DNA from: Calditrichia bacterium
GTDB taxonomy: Bacteria > Calditrichota > Calditrichia > JAJRVZ01
Length of the DNA stretch: 64,000 nucleotides
Direction: 5' to 3'
Assembly (NCBI GenBank): GCA_963796965.1
Contig: CAWCNS010000020.1
Coordinates: forward strand, 1-64,000
Below are positions 52,808 through 64,000 of the stretch, piece after piece (the first letter of the stretch is position 1; every line of letters begins with the position of its first letter). A program made the translations under genes and the position numbers. The notes below the pieces were generated by a model. It was not told where the DNA came from and did not search any database. It was given only the letters and a program-made list of their open reading frames with translations.

Positions 52808-55069
52808 ATGTTAGTTTACAGAATTATCTTTGTATTGATTGTAATACTTTTAATGAGGCTATTTGCAGGCGATGACCCACCATATTTAAATCCGAATCTT
52901 TCTGTTGAAGAGCGGGTCAATGACCTTTTGTCCCGTATGACGCTAAAAGAAAAAGTCGGACAAATGAATCAACGTGCAGGTAAAAAATTTTTGGAACAAA
53001 ATAAATCAGAGGTAGAATTAAATAATATGTTAGAGGACTTGAAAGAGGGATTAGTTGGATCTTTTCTTTTAGTAGGAAATATTGAAACAGCAAATGAATT
53101 ACAGAAAATAACTGAGAGTTCACGGCTGAAAATTCCTTTTTTAAATGCTATTGATGCCATACACGGCCATTGTTTATATAATGGAGCAACAGTATTCCCA
53201 ACAAATATTTCTCAGGCGAGCGCGTTTAACGTAGAAGCTGTAGAAAAAATAAATGCTGCAACAGCTATAGAATTGCGGGCAACAGGCTACCATTGGGCTT
53301 TTTTCCCCTATATGAGTGTCACCCGTGATCCTCGTTTTGGCAGAGTCGGTGAAAACTATGGTGAAGATCCTTTATTGGTAGCACGTTTATCGGTTGCTGC
53401 CGTTAAAGGTTTACAAGGGGACGATTATGCAGCAGCGGATAAAGTAATTGCCTGCGCGAAAGCGTATTTAGGAGATGGACAATCAATTAATGGATTAAAT
53501 CTAGCCCCGATGGATATTTCTATGCGCACGCTTAAAGAAATATTTTTGCCACCTGCAGAAGCGTGTGCCCGGGCGGGGGTACGGACTTTCATGGCTTCTC
53601 ATAATGAAATTAATGGTGTTCCGGCCCATGCTAACCATTGGCTATTAACAGAAGTTTTGCGTGATACTTGGGGATTTGACGGCTATGTAATCAGCGATTG
53701 GAAAGACATTGAAAGGCTGATTGATGGACATAGGGTGGCCGACAATCAAAAAGACGCTGTTGAGATGGCCATTATGGCGGGTGTTGACGTGCATATGTTT
53801 GGTGACAATTTTATTGATAAATTAACCGAATTGGTTGAGGAAGGAAGAATTCCTGAAGAAAGAATAGACCGGACCGTTCGGCAAATATTGAACGATAAAT
53901 TTAAAATGGGTCTTTTTGAAAATCGATATGTGGAGAAGGATGAGGCTATGAAAATTCTGGCAAATCCGGAACATATACAACTGGCTCTTAATGCTGCCCG
54001 CGAGTCTATCGTATTATTGAAAAATGAAAACAATGTTTTACCACTATCCAAATCATTGAAAAAGATACTTGTAACCGGACCTCTCGCCGATCATAATGCA
54101 CTGGTAGGGGATTGGGTTCACACCCAGCCGGATGAAAATATAGTAACTGTTCTGGAAGGTGTCAGAGAGCATGTGGGTTCAAAAATAGATGTGGAATATT
54201 ATAACCCCGGCAATATCTACGATATTGATGAAAAAGCGATAGCCGAAGCGGTTGAAAAATCGGAAGATGTTGACGTGATTGTTTTAGTAATTGGCGGGAA
54301 TGACAATCGAAGTGATAAAAACTGGGAATTAAAACATCATCGTAAAAACCGTACAGGAGGGGAAAATATTGCACGATCAGATATTGCCTTAGCTGGTATG
54401 CAAGATGATCTTGTCAAAGCACTTCACAAAACCGGCAAAACTGTGATAGTGGTTCTTATTAATGGACGGCCATTAGCTTTAGAGTGGATTTCTGAAAACA
54501 TCCCCGGAATTGTTGAAGCATGGCAACCGGGCATGCAAGGGGGAAAAGCAGTTGCAGAGGTATTATTTGGAGATTATAATCCCAGTGGCAGGCTGCCTAT
54601 CACTTTCCCCAGAAGTGTGGGACATATTCCGGTATTTTACAATCATCGTCCATCAACATTTCTGAGACATTATGTTAATTCTAAGCCGGGTTTCTTGTAT
54701 GAATTTGGGTTTGGATTAAGCTATACAACATTTGAATACAGTAATCTTTCAGTACCAGAAACCATTGGAAACGATGAATCGATTAAAATAAGTGTTGAAG
54801 TGAAAAATACAGGTAACCGCAATGGTGATGAAATTGTTCTGTTGTTTATCAATGACAAAATAAGCAGTGTTACTACGCCGGTGAAAGAGTTGAAAGAATT
54901 TACCAGAATCCAATTAGAACCGGGTGAGATAAAAAAGGTTGAGTTTACTTTGCCTCATGAATCTCTTTCACTTCTTGATGTAGATTTGAATAAAGTTGTA
55001 GAGCCGGGTGAGTTTGAAGTTATGATTGGTGGACAGTTTGATACATTTGAAGTAAAAGCAGATTTATAG
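52808..55069 (+). CDS. GH3 beta-glycosidase with FN3-like C-terminal domain
   Basis: MTLKEKVGQM, DAIHG, RDPRFGRVGENYGEDP, ISDW, ESIVLLKNEN, FGFGLSYTTF. Confidence 0.92.
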   Translation: MLVYRIIFVLIVILLMRLFAGDDPPYLNPNLSVEERVNDLLSRMTLKEKVGQMNQRAGKKFLEQNKSEVELNNMLEDLKEGLVGSFLLVGNIETANELQKITESSRLKIPFLNAIDAIHGHCLYNGATVFPTNISQASAFNVEAVEKINAATAIELRATGYHWAFFPYMSVTRDPRFGRVGENYGEDPLLVARLSVAAVKGLQGDDYAAADKVIACAKAYLGDGQSINGLNLAPMDISMRTLKEIFLPPAEACARAGVRTFMASHNEINGVPAHANHWLLTEVLRDTWGFDGYVISDWKDIERLIDGHRVADNQKDAVEMAIMAGVDVHMFGDNFIDKLTELVEEGRIPEERIDRTVRQILNDKFKMGLFENRYVEKDEAMKILANPEHIQLALNAARESIVLLKNENNVLPLSKSLKKILVTGPLADHNALVGDWVHTQPDENIVTVLEGVREHVGSKIDVEYYNPGNIYDIDEKAIAEAVEKSEDVDVIVLVIGGNDNRSDKNWELKHHRKNRTGGENIARSDIALAGMQDDLVKALHKTGKTVIVVLINGRPLALEWISENIPGIVEAWQPGMQGGKAVAEVLFGDYNPSGRLPITFPRSVGHIPVFYNHRPSTFLRHYVNSKPGFLYEFGFGLSYTTFEYSNLSVPETIGNDESIKISVEVKNTGNRNGDEIVLLFINDKISSVTTPVKELKEFTRIQLEPGEIKKVEFTLPHESLSLLDVDLNKVVEPGEFEVMIGGQFDTFEVKADL

Positions 55070-55188
55070 CCGCACAGAAAGTCTACCTCACATTGGTAAA
55101 CAAAGTTGTGACAAACGAAGAGAATAAGGATTTAACTTACTCAGACTTTATGGATACTATGTATCTAAAAACGTCATAGGGGAATACT

Positions 55189-56639
55189 ATGTATTTGAAT
55201 TTTATTAAAGTTATCAACTTTTCTATCATTGTTGTTTTTTTATGTTCTAATGTATTATTAGCGCAACATTTTTTGGAAAATACAAATATTCAAGGTCCTT
55301 TCAGGATTGTTAACATAGCCGGTTTAGACGGGATTCATCTACAAAGTCTAAATACAAAGGCGGTTCTTAAGAGTAGTGTTCATAAAAAGGATAGAGGTAC
55401 TCTATCTATTTGGGTTAGTCCATTAGAGGAAAGTACCTTTTCTAAATTAGGAAGAAGATTTGAAAAAGATGATCTAAATTATGCTAACTTTACATTTGTA
55501 TCAGATATTTGGCCTGTTAGAAATGTTGGAGAAATGAAATTTGGCTTTTACTGGAATTACAGTTATCCCCAATTGATAACTCGTTTAATGCCAGGTCGTT
55601 TTTGGACGTTATTTAATTATGGTTTTGCAGCTATTGGTTATGCTGAAAAACTAACATTACGTACCGAGCAGTGGTATCATTTGGTAATGACCTGGGATAA
55701 ACCCGCCGGGAAAGTACACATTTATGCCAATGGAATTTTGATAGGTTCTACTAATAATGCTGAAGGATATAGTGTCCCGGGTGATACACTCTACTTTGGG
55801 AATCCGATGATGGTATTTCACGATATAAGATTATCAGAAAATGTAATGAGTGCCTCCGAAATTAAAAAGGAATATTTGTCTCAACGTCCGGAAATTAATT
55901 CCCTGGCAGATAATGATCTTAAAACAGATTATTTTTATCAGGAAAAACCTGCTTTAGAATTAGAGCGTGATTCAACGTGGAAGAATGCTTATTCCGCATC
56001 ATTCTTAGAAAAACAACAATTGGAAAAGTGGCATTTACAAACAGGGGATAAGTATATAGATAAAATGGATATCCGAATTACAGATGAAGGATTGTTAATC
56101 AAGACACCGGATATCGTGGCAGAAGAATCCAGAATGTATTTATGGAGTCCACTTACATTTGAGTCCGATCATTGGATTGAGTTCGATTTCCAAGTAAATT
56201 CTGAAATGGGGCTAGCTTTCTTGTAATCTGTGCATCTGGTCCTCAGCGAAATGACTTTATTGATGAAGGATGGATGAATAAGTCGGGTAGTATGGGATTT
56301 ATTCTCAATCAGACGCGAAATTATCATTGGGAGTTCATGCGTCGTGTAGAAATGATGCGTACGGATATGGAAACGCAATACTTCGCAAAAAATCCATGGA
56401 ATTATAAGATGTTTTATGGCTGCATCCCAAGGCTGGAGCAAAATCGCTGGCATCACTTACGGCTGGTGAAGGTTGGTAATCGTATCCATGGCTCTATTGA
56501 TGATATGACTGTATTTGATTTGAATGACGATTCTTTTAATAATAACGGACCTGTGTTAAATGGAGGTAGAATTGGTATTCGCCAAATGTATAAAACAAGA
56601 ATGTTATATAAAAACTTTGAAGTTTATACCAAACTCTAG
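55189..56639 (+). CDS. LamG-like plus DUF1961-like protein, frameshift at ~56217
   Basis: WYHLVMTWD..IYANG (LamG); RNYHWEF, GGRIGIRQM (DUF1961-like). Confidence 0.6.
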
Positions 56640-56848
56640 TTTATATAAAGAGACTGGTTTCAATGGAATATACTAAAAAGTTTAAGTCTGTGTTCGTTAT
56701 GTTCCTATTGCTGTCTTTTGGTTTTACCGGGATTTCCACTTTTTGAATAAAGAGGATTCTTCAACGATTAAAAATGTCTGCAAAATAAAATTAGATGAGA
56801 GATTCTCTTTTTGTCATGAAAGAAGCCGGTATAGGAGGGATTAAATTA

Positions 56849-57788
56849 ATGGATATCAAGTCGTGTACACGATACATCATAAAAAAATTATATGATATTG
56901 TTCGTGTTATATGTGGTTGCAGAAATGACAAACCATGGGTTTCCTTTTTTTCGATACAGTCTCTGCTTTTTATTTTTGTCTCCACAATGCTTATAAATGC
57001 GCAGGATATCATCTTCACAACAGAAAGTAAAGATGCCTCTGCTGGTAATTTATCGTGTTATAAAATCAGAGACAGCTTCAGCAACTTACTTTCTTGAGAA
57101 AGCGGGACTTGGTATATCCAGTCTGATTGATAAAGACGGCAACGACTGGATCAGTTTTTCACCGGAAAAGGGAACCAAAGCAGGTGGAGAGTACAGGGGA
57201 TTTCCGAATGCGGTTTTTAGACAGGATGGTAGTTTTTTCCATCCGCTTAACAACGCCACAGATAAATCCACCAGCGAGATTGTATCCGCAGATAGTGATA
57301 AAGTCTCAATTGCAGGTAAATCGGGGAATGGCGCTTGGGAATGTCGCTGGGATTTTTATAATTCCCATTGCACTTTTACTATGACTAAGATGCCTGAGGG
57401 GTATAACTACTGGGTACTATATGAAGGAACTCCAGGTGGTTCCTTCGAAGACACTGACTGGTGGATGACCTCGGCGATTTGTCGTAAAATTTCCATGAAC
57501 AATAATCATGAGGGCGATATTCCTGATGTGGAATGGATAGTTTTTGGTGATGGAGAGATGAATCGTTCGTTATTTCTGCTCCATCATCAGGATGATAAAT
57601 ATCCTGATCGATTCTATCAAATGAAAAACAAAATGACAGTATTCGGATTTGGCCGCAAAGGTCCTGAAAGATATTTTGATACCGTTCCGCAAAGTTTTTC
57701 CATAGGACTTTTAGAAACAGTTGATCATTCTCGTATTGGTGATGTATTAATGGAATTGTTCCCGTTTACGAATAAAATCAAACCATAA
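56849..57788 (+). CDS. Hypothetical exported protein (mutarotase-like beta-sandwich?), frameshift at ~57067
   Basis: KI/ETASATYFLEKAG..SSLIDKDGNDWISF..GEYRGFPN, YWVLYEGTPGG; start uncertain. Confidence 0.5.
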
Positions 57789-57789
57789 G

Positions 57790-58033
57790 AAAGGCAGGAA
57801 AGAATATCGTGGTGTAAAAACCGAAAGATACACATCTGTGAAAGACCTAAATGGTCCCTGGCTGCTTTATGATAATTATGTAGATCCTTATCAATTAAAA
57901 ATTGAAGTAAATAATCATGAATTCTCTCATATAAAATGAAACTGGAAAAAGAATGAGAAAAGCTTCTGATTAAAACAAACGATGAATTTAATGATGGCGA
58001 TTACTACATGAAAAAGTAGGGTTACGCTTATGA
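57790..58033 (+). pseudogene. Sulfatase C-terminal remnant
   Basis: KEYRGVKTERYTSVKDLNGPWLLYDNYVDPYQLK, typical of a sulfatase tail; no start, later stops. Confidence 0.6.
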
Positions 58034-59391
58034 CTAAAATCATAATGACAATGAATAATTTATATAATAATCTGACTTTGAACAATTTAATAAAACAAAG
58101 AAATGTATATATCTCGTATTTTGCAAAAGAACAAAAGGAGTACTTTTATGTTTTCTTTAAAAAAATATTTTCAGTCTTTAGCTTAATATTAATTGTTTCA
58201 TGCACAAATCAAAAAGAGGCACAATTTAAAGTAAAACCCATTACCGATGATGCAAATGCCTGGTGGGCAAGAGCATTAGGTGACATTAATGGTGATGGAT
58301 TATTAGATGTAGCACTTCAAGATAATAATGCATATGGTGGCTGGTTGGGGTGGCTTGAAGCCACTGAGAATGGGAGTCTGTGGAAACAACATATTATAGC
58401 CGGAAACGGGCAGGATGGTGATACCTTTGCCTGCGGCGATTTTGAGATCGGTGATATCGATAGTGATGGAGATATTGACATTCTCGGATTTAAACATACT
58501 GGTGAGCGAGACGGTGCAGGAACGCCAACAGAAATTTTCTGGTATTCAAATCCGGAATGGCAAGCTGTTTATATTGGACAAGCACCCAATTTCATCAAAG
58601 ATGTTAATTTAACAGATTTAAACAATGATGGGCGACTGGATCTGGTCACAGTTTGTTCTATGAGTAACACACTCTCAATATTTAGACAAGATACCCCGGA
58701 ATCCTGGGTATCAGTTCATCAACTTAATATTAAAAATTTAAATGAAGGTCTGGACGTGGGAGATATTGATGGTGATCATGACATTGATATTGCAACAGGT
58801 GGCTATTGGCTTGAAAATCCGGGTGGTGATTTTTCGGCTGAATGGCACACATATGTAATTGATGAAAAATGGCATAATCAGGATGGGGATTGGTCTAAGA
58901 ATGCGACAAAGATTTTTTGCCGGGATATTAATGGTAATGGTCGAACTGAAGTGTTTATTTCACATTCTGAACGTGCAGGCTATCCGGTTGCATGGTATGA
59001 ATCGGAATCTCCCAAAGAAGGCGGCTGGAAAGAACATATAATAATATCCGAACTTCCTGCTGTGCATACTCTACAGATATATGATTTTAATTTAGACGGC
59101 GATCTGGATGTCCTTGCAGGAGTAAATGGGGGTAGAGCAAAAAATCTCAATTTTACAGGATTCCCTGTTGTGATCTTCTTGAATTTAGGAGACAAAGAAA
59201 AGTGGGAACCATTAGAATTGACGAAACAAGGTATCTATAATGGTCAGGTTGCTGACATGGAAGGGGATGGTGATTATGATATATTCAGGCTACCAGCCCA
59301 CTGGGCGAAGGATTTTGAGGTGTGGGTTAATCAATACAATAATAAAGAATATAAAAAATGGAGAGAAGTCAAAAATATGATAAGTAATTGA
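58030..59391 (+). CDS. FG-GAP/VCBS beta-propeller lipoprotein
   Basis: Lipobox LIVSC; multiple GDIDxDGDxD repeats; true start probably downstream of 58030. Confidence 0.75.
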   Translation: MTKIIMTMNNLYNNLTLNNLIKQRNVYISYFAKEQKEYFYVFFKKIFSVFSLILIVSCTNQKEAQFKVKPITDDANAWWARALGDINGDGLLDVALQDNNAYGGWLGWLEATENGSLWKQHIIAGNGQDGDTFACGDFEIGDIDSDGDIDILGFKHTGERDGAGTPTEIFWYSNPEWQAVYIGQAPNFIKDVNLTDLNNDGRLDLVTVCSMSNTLSIFRQDTPESWVSVHQLNIKNLNEGLDVGDIDGDHDIDIATGGYWLENPGGDFSAEWHTYVIDEKWHNQDGDWSKNATKIFCRDINGNGRTEVFISHSERAGYPVAWYESESPKEGGWKEHIIISELPAVHTLQIYDFNLDGDLDVLAGVNGGRAKNLNFTGFPVVIFLNLGDKEKWEPLELTKQGIYNGQVADMEGDGDYDIFRLPAHWAKDFEVWVNQYNNKEYKKWREVKNMISN

Positions 59392-59460
59392 AAATACAGT
59401 AATTAGAAAAAAGTAATATCAAACGTTTGTCATTGGCGACAGCTGAAACAGGAGGAAAGA

Positions 59461-60886
59461 GTGGAAAAATCTAACGCCCAACTATACGAAGAACGGCTAA
59501 AGCGGTATGTCACGGCCAACTACAATGAGAAACCGGATCGCATTCCGATACGCCTTTTTGCCGAGGAATTTGCAGCCCAATACACTGGGCACAGCAATTT
59601 CGAGGTTGCATGCGACATGAACTTGATGTTTGATGTAAATAGAGAATGCGCCAAGGGGCTTGGACTGGATGCTATTCAAGCAAACTCCATTGTCAACTGG
59701 GCGGGAATGATTAAATCCCTTGGCTGGAAGGGAATCACCTTCCCCGGCATAGGCCTTCCAGTTGATCAGGTAAATCAGTGGAGTGAGCCAGGTTCTGAAG
59801 AAGAAGCATTCCTCAAGTCGGATGAATACGACTGTCTCATAGAGGATCCTACCGGGTTTATTCTTGACACCTGGTTTCCGCGTTTCACCGAACATGGACA
59901 TGCTGCTGGTGAACCTGTAACTTTTAGGCATAATATGTCGCTAATTAATGGCGCAATTGCCTTTAGTAACTATTTATTGTCGGCGTGGCCGCAGAAGACA
60001 ATAGAGCTTGTGGAAGCAGGCATCGTACCGGCTGTTTCTTCTGCTCTCAAAGCTCCTTTAGATATTCTTGGCGACAGAGCTGCGGGGTTACATGAACCTT
60101 GTGATGGACCTGGGCATTCAAAGGGAAAAGGTGATTGAGGCATGCGAAGCTCTGGCGCCTCATCTTTGTGCTACAGCTCTGGGAGGTGCAGATCCCAATC
60201 ACAACTACCCAATTGTTATGTGGATGCATCGGTCCTGTGCGCCATTCATTTCAATTAAAGATTTTGATGAGATTCACTGGCCGACACTGAAACCGATCAT
60301 CGAAGAGCTTTGGTCGCATGGGCACCAGGTTCTTTTTTATGCTGAAGGAAACTGGGAACGCCATCTCGACAAGTTCTTGGAACTGCCCGAGAAGAGCATC
60401 ATCTTTCATGCTGACAGAACTGATATATTCAAGTCCCATAAAGTACTGGGGCACAAGTTCTGCATAAGTGGCGGCATACCCAACGAATTGTTGGTATTAG
60501 GAAAACCTGATCAAGTCAGGGAACGGTGCAAGAAGGTTATTGATGAGGTTGCGCAGGATGGTGGGTATATCATGGACGCAAGCGCGCTTATTTTGAATGA
60601 CGCAAAGATAGAGAATGTAAAGGCTATGGTCGATTTCACCAGAGAATATGGTGTGTACAGCCAGGGTTCCTGTACGAAAACAATCGAGGAACTCAAGAAC
60701 ATCGAACGATCCCGACCTGCAAGTACCTTCAAAAACTCAGACCGTAGACCGGGAACGTGTATCCCATGGGATCAGATAAGGAAGGAACTCCCTCCTATCC
60801 ACGGTGATGAAAACCTGGTCAGGAAAATGTGGGAGGGGGTTGACGGGCTGGGGTATGCATTCTGCTGGATTAACTTGACTTGGTAG
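59461..60886 (+). CDS. Uroporphyrinogen decarboxylase-family protein (MtaA/CmuA-like corrinoid methyltransferase?), frameshift at ~60077
   Basis: RBS ggagg; EKPDRIP, APLDILGD(K)LRG, FDEIHWPTLK, FYAEGNW, CISGGIP, DGGYIM, AKIENVKAM. Confidence 0.75.
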
Positions 60887-61004
60887 AAAGTGCACTCACG
60901 CTACTGGATGAATTTATCCTAAACTGGATAAAAGCGAAACCAGAGGAGAAATAATAAGGTAAATTTAAATTAATAGATGGTTAATAATAAATGTAGAGAA
61001 GCAA

Positions 61005-62219
61005 ATGAAAAATTCAATCCGAATCAAGCTTTCCATAATGATGTTTGTAGAATACTTTATCTGGGGAGCATGGTTTGTAACGATGGGCACATATCTCACA
61101 GGTATTGGTTTCCAGGGAGTTGCGATTGGGAATGCATACAGCACAACTGCCTGGGCGGCAATCATTACGGCATTTTTTATAAGTTTAGTGGCAGACAAAT
61201 ATTTTGCCGCGGAAAAGTTAACCGGTGTGCTACATATCCTCGGAGGTATTGTCTTATTTGGTGCATCATTAATCAATACTCCAGGCCTGTTTTTTTGGAC
61301 TTTGTTGTTATATACTATTTTCTATATGCCGACGATTGCATTGACAAACGCGATAACTTTTAATCAAACGGCTAATCCCGATAAGGACTTTCCCAGAATT
61401 CGTGTATTGGGCACGCTTGGCTGGATAGTTGCCGGATTGACCATTGGCTTTCTGAACATTGAAAACACTCCCCGTCCCATTCAAATAGCCGCGATCGTAT
61501 CCATTATGTTTGGTGTGTACTGTTTCTTTCTTCCCGATACACCTCCAAAATCCAAGGGGAAAACTACTACAGTTAGAGATGCGCTCGGACTTGATGCCTT
61601 AGCGTTGATGAAAGACAGATCCTACTTTGTACTCATCATAAGTTCAATACTAATCACCATTCCCTTTGCCTGTTATCATCAATTTACAAATATGATGCTC
61701 AATGAAAATAATATTTCTAATGCCGCAGCAAAAATGACTCTTGGGCAAGGCGCAGAGCTTATTTTTATGTGGATAATGCCGTTTTTTTTAGTAAGACTAG
61801 GTATAAAAAAAATGCTTGCTGCAGGTATGCTTGCATGGGTATCTAGGTATGTCTTACTAGCATTTGGAAATAGTACCGAATTGATGTGGTTTATCTATCT
61901 GGGTATCATTCTGCATGGAATATCTTATGATTTCTTTTACGTAACCGGACAAATATACGTTGATAAAAAAGCACCGAGAGATTTAAGAGCAAGTGTACAA
62001 GGTTTTATGACACTCGTTACATTTGGAGTAGGTTGGCTGATTGGGGCCCAGATATCCGGCTGGATTTTACAATCCTACCAAATTGTAAATGAAGCACAAA
62101 AAGTAATAGGACACAATTGGCAGGTAATTATGTTGATACCTTCTGCCATTGCAGCAGTTGTATTTGTCTTCTTCTTTTCTTTTTTCAAAAACAATGAGAA
62201 ATCACTATCCCCTGAATAA
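61005..62219 (+). CDS. MFS nucleoside:H+ symporter family permease (NupG/YegT-like)
   Basis: LSIMMFVEYFIWGAW, YMPTIALTN, FPRIRVLGTLGW, LHGISYDFFYVTGQIY. Confidence 0.9.
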   Translation: MKNSIRIKLSIMMFVEYFIWGAWFVTMGTYLTGIGFQGVAIGNAYSTTAWAAIITAFFISLVADKYFAAEKLTGVLHILGGIVLFGASLINTPGLFFWTLLLYTIFYMPTIALTNAITFNQTANPDKDFPRIRVLGTLGWIVAGLTIGFLNIENTPRPIQIAAIVSIMFGVYCFFLPDTPPKSKGKTTTVRDALGLDALALMKDRSYFVLIISSILITIPFACYHQFTNMMLNENNISNAAAKMTLGQGAELIFMWIMPFFLVRLGIKKMLAAGMLAWVSRYVLLAFGNSTELMWFIYLGIILHGISYDFFYVTGQIYVDKKAPRDLRASVQGFMTLVTFGVGWLIGAQISGWILQSYQIVNEAQKVIGHNWQVIMLIPSAIAAVVFVFFFSFFKNNEKSLSPE

Positions 62220-62242
62220 ATTAAATAAATAGGAGATGTAAC

Positions 62243-64000
62243 ATGCATAAATTATTCATTATGAGTTTCATTTTATTAAATTTTTTAATTTCCATTAATG
62301 TCAATGCGCAAATGCGTATCGATCAATGGAATTATATTCAGGTGGATAGTTCACGCCAAAAATGGGGTGACTGGAATAAACCGGACTGGTTACGCTATTT
62401 TGGCTTTGACGCCAGAGATATCACCGGCGATGGTTTTAAAGATATCGTTGCCGGCCGGTATTTTTATCGCAATCCCGGTGGTAATATGACAGGAGAATGG
62501 GAGCGTACAGATTTTGGAATAAATGTAGACGGGATGCTGTTCGTCGATGTTGACGGTGATAAATATGGAGATGTCATTGCTCAGGCTCTGCCGAATGTTT
62601 ATTGGCTTGAGGCGGAGGATATGTTGGGACGTTCCTGGCAGATTTATAAAATAGCAGAATTAGCACCTACTAAGCATGTGAATGGACAAGGATACAAAAT
62701 TGCCCAAATTATCGATGGCGGCAAGCCTGAAATTGTATTCACTACAACAGAAGGCGTTTTTTATATCGAAATTCCTGAAGAAAACCTGATAGCGCCCTGG
62801 AAAACAGTCCGCATGACTTCCGGAACGATGGATGAAGGCGTCGGAATCGGTGATATGAATGGCGATGGGCACTTGGATGTTGTAGCCGGCGTCGAAATAA
62901 AAGTGAAAGAGACCTATAGGTTGATGCTTTATGAGAATCCAGGGGATGGCTCAGCTGATTGGAAGGGGAGGACTATTACAAAGGATGTTATGGTACCTGA
63001 TCGTATTGTTATAGCTGATTTTAATGGCGATCAACTTAAAGACGTCGCTGTTTCGGAAGAGCGTTCACCTGGAAAAGAACCGAATGCCAACCTAAACTGG
63101 TATGAACATCCAACCGATTCAAAACAGGAAAACTGGGAAAGACATACCGTAACTACCAGCTGGTCTATGAATAATCTTGATGCAGTCTGATATTGATATG
63201 GATGGCGTCGTGGATTTAGTGACCAATGAACATAAGGGCGAGGCGAAAAAACTGATCATTTTTAAAAACGACGGCAAAGGAAATTTTACGGAACAGTTGA
63301 TTGATACCGGTAAAGAAATGCACCTTGGAGCACGTTGTTTTGATTTTGACACTGATGGCGATCTTGATATTGCCGGACCAAGTTGGGAAGGCTTTAAGCA
63401 GACTTCATCTCTGGCGAAATGATGCCTTGAAAAACCCTGCTTCAGTCAAATGGTCGCATATTTCCACAAATACCCACCTGCGAGAGTTCCCCACCGCCAA
63501 TGTGGGCTGGCAGGTCTCTTCTATTGTTATTGATATCGATAAAAATGGATCGGATGATATCGTTATCGCCGGGTGGAGTGATCCCAGTATGGTGTGGTTG
63601 CAGCGAGTGGAAAAAGGCTGGAAACGGTATGAAGTGGATGATAAAAAAAGCCATCACTCCGCCGGTGCGACCTATTGGGATATTGACGGCGACGGCGATT
63701 TAGATATTTTGAGCGGCGGCAGTTGGAATATCAATGAAGTGTGGTGGTGGGAAAATCCTTTTCCTGAGTTTGATGTGGATAAAGCATGGACACGCTATAC
63801 CATAAAAAACTATGGGGAAAAGAGTCATCACGATCAGATATTTGGTGATTTTGATGGAGACGGAAAAACCGAATTGGTTTTTTGGAACATGAATGCGAAG
63901 AAACTTTGGGTTGGCGACATTCCGGATGATCCTAAAAAAACAGAAAATTGGAAGTTTCACACACTCTGGTCATGGACAAAGAAATTTAAGTATGAAGGAT
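62243..64000 (+). CDS. Large tandem FG-GAP/VCBS propeller protein (runs off the window; frameshifts at ~63186 and ~63402)
   Basis: Signal peptide; many DxDGD repeats; the corrected frame continues LHLWRND...WWWENP...HHDQIFGDFDGDG to the window end. Confidence 0.8.

Noticed and set aside
56795..56848. MKEAGIGG as a GH106 rhamnosidase gene
   Set aside because: Only a few residues of similarity; at most a tiny relic.
8389..63422. Programmed frameshifting or phase variation explaining the split genes
   Set aside because: Most sites lack slippery or repeat tracts and instead share the AGCT context, so systematic sequencing error is more parsimonious.

Overview
AT-rich bacterial DNA forming one large carbohydrate-utilisation island, probably from a non-Bacteroidia FCB lineage such as KSB1 or Calditrichota. 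That assignment is inferred from T9SS-type 'NYPNPFN...SGxY..KMxLxK' C-terminal domains occurring together with Shine-Dalgarno RBSs and sigma70-type promoters. The core (34.5-48.2 kb) is a TonB-dependent receptor, a secreted partner protein and a PorV-like gene with no SusD, followed by duplicated T9SS-secreted CBM-like and beta-helix proteins. Around it are GH28 (x2, one fused to an alpha/beta hydrolase), GH88, GH20, GH3, an (alpha/alpha)6 GH, a sulfatase, DUF1961/DUF4861 proteins, several FG-GAP propellers, a URO-D-family putative methyltransferase and transporters. There are also three partial copies of a BASS-GntR-2-oxoacid dehydrogenase cassette that share an operator motif. Mobile DNA comprises an IS3, a decayed IS481 and two identical 261-bp IS200/IS605-derived mini-elements. 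About 17 single-base frameshifts in otherwise intact genes sit on or beside the tetramer AGCT. This suggests a DNA modification at AGCT that caused systematic long-read errors, so most of these split genes are probably not pseudogenes. All family assignments come from motif recognition by eye, not database searches.
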